This document shows, in pieces, positions 59,016 through 64,000 of a stretch of 64,000 bases of DNA (position 1 is its first letter; the number at the start of each line of letters is the position of its first letter). Position numbers and translations under genes: made by a program. The DNA lies in the NCBI GenBank assembly GCA_017534835.1, contig JAFXVT010000029.1, positions 23,564 to 87,563 of the forward strand, in the 5' to 3' direction. Source of the DNA: Ruminococcus sp. Lineage in GTDB: Bacteria > Bacillota > Clostridia > Oscillospirales > Ruminococcaceae. The notes beneath the pieces were generated by a model that saw nothing but the letters and a program-made list of their open reading frames with translations, did no database searches and was not told the DNA's origin.

Positions 59016-59941
59016 TAGTCAAACATAGGAGTTGAAAGGTAACGCTCACCTGTGTCAGGAAGAAGAGCAACTATTGTCTTGCCCTTGTTTTCCGGACGCT
59101 TTGCAAGCTGTATAGCTGCCCAGAGTGCAGCACCGGAAGAAATTCCGACGAGCACGCCCTCTGTGCGGGCAATAGTTCTTCCGATCTCAAATGCATCTTC
59201 ATTCACTACTCGGATAACCTCATCATAGATATCGGTATTGAGAGTCTCCGGAATGAAGCCTGCTCCGATTCCCTGGATCTTGTGGGGACCAGCCTTGCCT
59301 TCGGAAAGAACGGGGGAGCTGTCCGGCTCAACTGCTACTACTTTTATGTCGGGATTCTGTGATTTGAGATATGCACCTGTACCGCTGACTGTACCGCCTG
59401 TACCTACACCTGCAACGAAAATATCTACCTTTCCGTCAGTGTCGTTCCAGATCTCAACACCTGTTGTGCGCTCGTGGATCGCCGGGTTAGCAGGGTTTGT
59501 GAACTGTGAAGGAATAAAGCTTCCGGGTATCTCAGCTGCAAGCTCATTAGCCTTTTCGATAGCTCCCTTCATTCCCTTTGCGCCGTCTGTGAGAACGAGC
59601 TCTGCACCATATGCCTTCATAAGGTTGCGGCGCTCAATGCTCATTGTCTCGGGCATTGTGATGATAAGACGATAGCCGCGTGAAGCTGCTACAGAAGCAA
59701 GTCCGATACCTGTATTTCCGCTTGTAGGCTCAATAATAACGCTGCCGGGCTTGAGAAGTCCCTTCTCCTCAGCATCGTCTACCATTGCCTTTGCGATCCT
59801 GTCCTTTACGCTTCCGGCAGGATTGAAGTACTCAAGCTTTGCAACGAGCTTAGCTTCGAGTCCGAATTTCTTTTCAAGGTTCTCAAGTTCGAGAAGAGGT
59901 GTGTTTCCGATAAGGTCTGTGATCTTCTTGTAAATGCTCAT
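59015..59941 (-). CDS. cysK: Cysteine synthase A (O-acetylserine sulfhydrylase)
   Basis: PAGSVKDR (PLP Lys), [20 protein letters not shown]. Confidence 0.95.
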   Translation of the reverse strand: MSIYKKITDLIGNTPLLELENLEKKFGLEAKLVAKLEYFNPAGSVKDRIAKAMVDDAEEKGLLKPGSVIIEPTSGNTGIGLASVAASRGYRLIITMPETMSIERRNLMKAYGAELVLTDGAKGMKGAIEKANELAAEIPGSFIPSQFTNPANPAIHERTTGVEIWNDTDGKVDIFVAGVGTGGTVSGTGAYLKSQNPDIKVVAVEPDSSPVLSEGKAGPHKIQGIGAGFIPETLNTDIYDEVIRVVNEDAFEIGRTIARTEGVLVGISSGAALWAAIQLAKRPENKGKTIVALLPDTGERYLSTPMFD

Positions 59942-60073
59942 AATAATAATCTCCTTTATAGTTAATATTTACTTGATTACGATGAAAGAACGGATTCAAC
60001 ATCGCTTATCCATAATATACATAGTGATACCACCTTATTCCGTCATTATTTCCTATTGATTTGGTATGTTTAT

Positions 60074-60102
60074 ATTATATCAGCTGATCTTGCGTTTGTC
60101 AA
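60074..60102 (-). promoter_or_regulatory. Sigma-A-like promoter of cysK
   Basis: TTGACA, 17-nt spacer, TATAAT on the minus strand, followed by a leader of about 120 nt. Confidence 0.6.
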
Positions 60103-60287
60103 TACCTTTTTCAAAATTATTTTCTTTTTGCCTACGGAAATAGTATGTAAAATATTTTCAAACGGTATTTCCTCCTTCTGTGCAGGGGGATCAACAGAAA
60201 ATGCGGGTCACCTCGACTTGAACCTTCGTTCTGATCTCGGTGACCCATAAAACCGGCTGAGGGAACTCCCCTGATAACGCCGCTTGT

Positions 60288-61073
60288 TTATTCAGTTATC
60301 TTTCCTTCATTTTTCCAGTCGCTGTACTCCGGAGCTGAGTAGCGTCTGCGTCCCTCGGTCTTTTTGCCGATGTTTATCGCTTCCTGCGGACACCTGTTCA
60401 CACAGGAATAACAGCCGATACAATAGCTTCTGAACTGAGGTATGCCTGATCCTGAAAGCTTGATGTTGTTTACAGGACAGACAGATTCACACTTGCCGCA
60501 GCTCACACAATCTTCGCTGACTGTGTACTTGTCGCTGCTGATGAAGAAGCGGTTGAACATATAGTTCACCGTACCCGACGCAAGACCTGCAAACGGCGTG
60601 TCGTCGAACTTTTCTATCATCGCGCCCTGCATAATCCTGTCGGAAAGTGTCTTCATCAGCGGAAGCGAAGCGGTTATCTTTACCTCGGCTTCCTCGGGTG
60701 TCGGAAGCTCGCTGCCGTTGATGAAATTGTTCGGCATCGGCACTCCGCACGCGCCCATATACGCCATTTCCTTTGCGTATGCCAGCTTTTCGAGCGAATA
60801 TTCAAAGTCGCCTGTCTGCGAGCCCATTGTTGCGATGTAGTATATCTGCTCACTTCCGGTGAGCTCTGCACGCGAGATGACCTTCTCTATCAGCTTGGGG
60901 AATCTCCACGCATAAATCGGTGCGCAGAATACGAACGGTTTTACTGAATTGAAACGGAGCGGACGTTTGAATTTGAGCACATCGTTAAGATTCACGCAGT
61001 CGTCGCCGACGTGGTCTGCGATATATTCAGCTACAAATTTTGTATTTCCTGTACCTGTGAAATAAAGTATCAT
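60288..61073 (-). CDS. Flavodoxin-like / 2x[4Fe-4S] ferredoxin fusion protein (EFR1-type)
   Basis: N-terminal ILYFTGTGNTK. C-terminal CVSCGKCESVCP and CIGCYSCVNRCP. Confidence 0.8.
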   Translation of the reverse strand: MILYFTGTGNTKFVAEYIADHVGDDCVNLNDVLKFKRPLRFNSVKPFVFCAPIYAWRFPKLIEKVISRAELTGSEQIYYIATMGSQTGDFEYSLEKLAYAKEMAYMGACGVPMPNNFINGSELPTPEEAEVKITASLPLMKTLSDRIMQGAMIEKFDDTPFAGLASGTVNYMFNRFFISSDKYTVSEDCVSCGKCESVCPVNNIKLSGSGIPQFRSYCIGCYSCVNRCPQEAINIGKKTEGRRRYSAPEYSDWKNEGKITE

Positions 61074-61101
61074 AATTACGCCTCCTTATCAGGGTACGTA
61101 T

Positions 61102-61130
61102 ATTATAGCACAAGTATCCGGAAAAATCAA
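61102..61130 (-). promoter_or_regulatory. Sigma-A-like promoter of the ferredoxin gene
   Basis: TTGATT, 17-nt spacer, TATAAT on the minus strand, starting 4 nt after the upstream stop. Confidence 0.55.
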
Positions 61131-61133
61131 CAC

Positions 61134-63239
61134 TTATAGTCTTGTTCCATAATCGTTGATTTTCCAGCCCTCAGGTGTCCTGATGCACTCAAACGTGCAG
61201 CGATTGCCAAAGGTGTCACCGTTGAATACGTATTCGCTCTCGGGAATATCATAAACTACCGATACATTCACTTTGTTTTCATCTAATACGGCGATTTTCG
61301 TTTCATACTCTGCATCTGGCGGAAAATATGGAAATGCGGATAACATTTTAGTCGGATTTTTATAAATTGATCCTTTACTGCTCACAAACACATAACGAAA
61401 CGGGGTTTGCATCATGTCTGCTGCATAATCTACAGCCCATATATAGTCATCAGGATACGGATCAAAATCCAAATCAGTACACAAAGCGTATGATGACTTG
61501 TCCGGGAACAGACGTGAATCTATCAGCTCGGAGGTAAATATCCTGTTCATTTCCTCCTCTATCTGTTCAGCAGATGTGTAATCGGGATTAACGTATTTGC
61601 GGAATTCAAAGCATTTTTCGCTATTCAGCCAGTATTTTTTTATATCATCATTGTCGTTGTATATGTCGGAGCATATTGCGTTGCCAAATTTGTTGCAGTC
61701 AAGTACAAGCTTTTCGACTGCCTCCATTTCTTCACGAGAGAATGAAAGCTCAGCGTCCTCATTGACCTGTACAACATCAGAGATCAGCCATTTTCCGTCA
61801 GAGTTTTTCCTCACTGTGAACTGATATGTCATAGGTATGGAGTTTATCTCAGCGTAATTACTCTGACTGCTGGTCTTTCTGCGGAATACCAGTCTATCTT
61901 CAGAATAGCTTATTATCAGCGGCTCGTCGGTAAATTGTGCAGGATAAGTATACTCCGTGGCTGACATAGACGCCTTGTACAGTTCTCCCCTGTATTCTAT
62001 GATTATAGGGGCGAAAGGGAAACGTACCGAGTCTATACTTTCAGTTTCTCGGTATCCCGCAAATATTCTTGAAAACAGAGAGGCATATAATTCATTCTCC
62101 ATATATGACTGTTCTAAGATCTCATTTAATGAATGAACGTTCCAGAATACATTATACAATTCGGAGTCCTCATCTGTTATTTTATTGTATTGCGTCTCAA
62201 CCTCTCTTCCGTCTGCGTTATAAGTAAACGTCACCGGTTCGCCGGTTGCAGGGCGCTCGTAGATGTATTTATAAAGCTGTGAATATCTGTCCGAAAGTTC
62301 GAGAGCTATCTGGTCATATGCAGTATCTCTCTCCTGTACACTTTTTTCACAAGGTCTTGCATTGTTTATCCGCCATTCATTCGCGCTTTCGCTGCGGACA
62401 ACTTCAAACTCATATTCCGTCTCGGAATGTTTCTTTCCTTTCTTCTCGTAAAGCTCGAGCAAAGCTTTCGCCTTGAACGAATCTGCACCGTTCTCGCTCA
62501 CCGAAATATCCTTGCATTCCCAGCGGCAGGAGCCGTCAGAATAATCTTCGTTGAAGTATGTGTAAAGCTCTCCGTTGTACATAAAGAAACGAGCATTCGC
62601 ATTTCCAGCGTACCACTCATCTGCTCTGATACTGCTCCCCTCGGCGAATCCGCTCTTGTCCGGGGCTTCCGAAAAGTCAAAATTGTTACCGAGGTATTCG
62701 TCAGTCATATACTTCTTTCCAAGCTCGCGGAAATCAGCCATACTGTTTATGCTTCTGTCTGAATACCGGGCTATCTGTATATCTTCGCCCTCAACGTTCA
62801 GTTTAACAATAGTAGCCTTGTCGCTTGCCGGATAATCAAATCGTGTACGGAAATCTGCATAGCCGTTTATCAGATATTCTGCTGTCTCCTGATGATCCGC
62901 CTCGTCAGATGTGGATGTCATATCAGACACAGTTGCGGTCTCAAAGCCGTCAAGCGTACCGTTCTTTACATAGTATACGAGTCCGCCAGAGCCTGCAAGA
63001 AGAACTCCGGCAGCAGCAACAGATGCAAGTCTGCGCTTCCACACCGGTCGGGAATAACGCTCGACTCCGCTTACCGTGTTGCCCTCTTTTACCGGTATCT
63101 CCCCTGTATCATCGCTGAACTTTCTCTCGCTCTTTTTGTACATTCTGTTTTTTTCCTGCTCTGTCAGCATAGGAAGCTGAGAGGGGATCTCACCCCCGGG
63201 AAAATCGAACAGGTCTTTCTCGTTTATCCTTTTACTCAT
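61134..63239 (-). CDS. Single-pass membrane protein, putative anti-sigma factor with a large repeated extracytoplasmic region
   Basis: ATGA overlap with the sigma gene. About 70-aa cytoplasmic N-terminus, one TM helix (LASVAAAGVLLAGSGGLVYYV) and a roughly 610-aa outer part. Confidence 0.55.
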   Translation of the reverse strand: MSKRINEKDLFDFPGGEIPSQLPMLTEQEKNRMYKKSERKFSDDTGEIPVKEGNTVSGVERYSRPVWKRRLASVAAAGVLLAGSGGLVYYVKNGTLDGFETATVSDMTSTSDEADHQETAEYLINGYADFRTRFDYPASDKATIVKLNVEGEDIQIARYSDRSINSMADFRELGKKYMTDEYLGNNFDFSEAPDKSGFAEGSSIRADEWYAGNANARFFMYNGELYTYFNEDYSDGSCRWECKDISVSENGADSFKAKALLELYEKKGKKHSETEYEFEVVRSESANEWRINNARPCEKSVQERDTAYDQIALELSDRYSQLYKYIYERPATGEPVTFTYNADGREVETQYNKITDEDSELYNVFWNVHSLNEILEQSYMENELYASLFSRIFAGYRETESIDSVRFPFAPIIIEYRGELYKASMSATEYTYPAQFTDEPLIISYSEDRLVFRRKTSSQSNYAEINSIPMTYQFTVRKNSDGKWLISDVVQVNEDAELSFSREEMEAVEKLVLDCNKFGNAICSDIYNDNDDIKKYWLNSEKCFEFRKYVNPDYTSAEQIEEEMNRIFTSELIDSRLFPDKSSYALCTDLDFDPYPDDYIWAVDYAADMMQTPFRYVFVSSKGSIYKNPTKMLSAFPYFPPDAEYETKIAVLDENKVNVSVVYDIPESEYVFNGDTFGNRCTFECIRTPEGWKINDYGTRL

Positions 63240-63811
63240 ATCTCTTCAACTCCTTTTTCCAGAAGAAGACTTTTTAGCTTTGCTCTTGCGCGTATACTTC
63301 GCTTCTGAACGGCTGATTCCGTCATTTTCAGTACCGCAGCGATCTCCCTTACAGTTCTGCCATAGAAATACTGCTGCGTGATGATAACGGAATCGGGCTC
63401 GCCGAGGCTTTCTATACAGCTGTAGAGGATACGTCTCAGCTCGGAACGTTCTGCATTTACGGCAAGGTTCTCGTCTGATCGGATCTCGGTTGAGGAGTCC
63501 TCGATCGCAACTGTCTTTCCGCTTCGTGAAGATAGCCTGCGGAAGTAGTCCGTAGACTTGCGCCGGGCGATAACACCGATGATACCGCGAAGATCGCCGT
63601 TGTAGCTGTTGCCTGACACGCTTGCCCGATAGATCTCAGCAAATACGTCGCTGACACATTCCTCGATGTCCTCACGGCTTCCGCAGCTTTTCAGTCTCAT
63701 CGAAGCGATCGCGTAAACGTAAGCAACATATTCATCAAACAGAGCACGTCTGCCCATTTCCAGAGACTGCTCCATAAGAGCCCTGAGCTCGCTGTCCGTC
63801 ATTTTTATCAC
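63236..63811 (-). CDS. ECF-type sigma-70 family RNA polymerase sigma factor
   Basis: Region 2 (YVYAIASMRL...DIEECVSDVF) and a region 4 helix-turn-helix (GRTVREIAAVLKMTESAVQKRSIRAR). Confidence 0.85.
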   Translation of the reverse strand: MIKMTDSELRALMEQSLEMGRRALFDEYVAYVYAIASMRLKSCGSREDIEECVSDVFAEIYRASVSGNSYNGDLRGIIGVIARRKSTDYFRRLSSRSGKTVAIEDSSTEIRSDENLAVNAERSELRRILYSCIESLGEPDSVIITQQYFYGRTVREIAAVLKMTESAVQKRSIRARAKLKSLLLEKGVEEI

Positions 63812-63874
63812 CGCCTTTGAATCGATTCACTATATCTACTCGCAAATGCGTCCCTTTTCCGGACACAGAAAGTG

Positions 63875-63911
63875 AAAAAATCGGGTCTGAGTGAAAATTT
63901 TCAGACCCGAT
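63875..63911 (-). terminator. Rho-independent terminator of the upstream minus-strand gene
   Basis: ATCGGGTCTGA / TCAGACCCGAT stem followed by TTTTTT on the minus strand. Confidence 0.75.
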
Positions 63912-63917
63912 GTCGTT

Positions 63918-64000
63918 TTATTTTTCCTTGTATGATTCAGGAAGCTCGGATATTTGTTTTGCATCGAGCTTCTGGATCGAAAGAGCGTCCTTGCCTGTTA
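63918..64000 (-). CDS. 3' end of an unidentified minus-strand gene (partial)
   Basis: Open frame to the window edge ending ...LDAKQISELPESYKEK-stop, followed by a terminator. Too short to identify. Confidence 0.3.
   Translation of the reverse strand, partial: TGKDALSIQKLDAKQISELPESYKEK

Noticed and set aside
60056-60250. 64-aa plus-strand ORF between cysK and the ferredoxin gene
   Set aside because: It spans the cysK promoter and the ferredoxin-gene terminator hairpin, has no SD site, and its translation is low-complexity.

Overview
This is a Clostridia-type (Firmicutes) chromosomal segment with about 60 genes. Most have strong AGGAGG-type Shine-Dalgarno (SD) sites, sigma-A-like promoters and hairpin plus T-run terminators. 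A GH53 galactanase carrying a type-I dockerin suggests a cellulosome-producing Ruminococcus-like organism. Most content is housekeeping: ftsH, secA, queA/tgt, hslO, hflX, asnS/asnA, aroC plus a DAHP synthase, cysK, an amino-acid ABC importer and a dnaD/dnaI-like pair. Two cis-regulatory RNAs are recognisable: a lysine riboswitch ahead of asd-dapA-dapB-ddh, and an Asn-specific T-box ahead of asnS-asnA. The accessory-looking parts are listed below.
- A heterodimeric ABC exporter pair is fused in one operon to ECF (energy-coupling factor) transporter T and duplicated-ATPase genes, with no S component in view.
- A GT2 / response regulator / sensor-less histidine kinase operon sits next to a LanFEG-like ABC transporter and a polytopic S41 peptidase, which resembles an NSR-type lantibiotic resistance locus.
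- A GGDEF protein has a degenerate SGGGF signature.
- An ECF sigma factor is paired with a 701-aa anti-sigma-like protein built from repeated modules.

The most unusual observation is that pyruvate formate-lyase (PFL) is not one gene. A 288-bp in-frame cassette, inserted exactly at the boundary of the glycyl-radical domain, ends the catalytic core. It encodes a 69-aa acidic Cys-Cys protein with its own SD site and restarts the glycyl-radical domain (RVSGY) as a separate 79-aa gene. No rRNA, tRNA, CRISPR array, transposase or integrase was seen. All calls come from reading the sequence and ORF translations; no database search was run.
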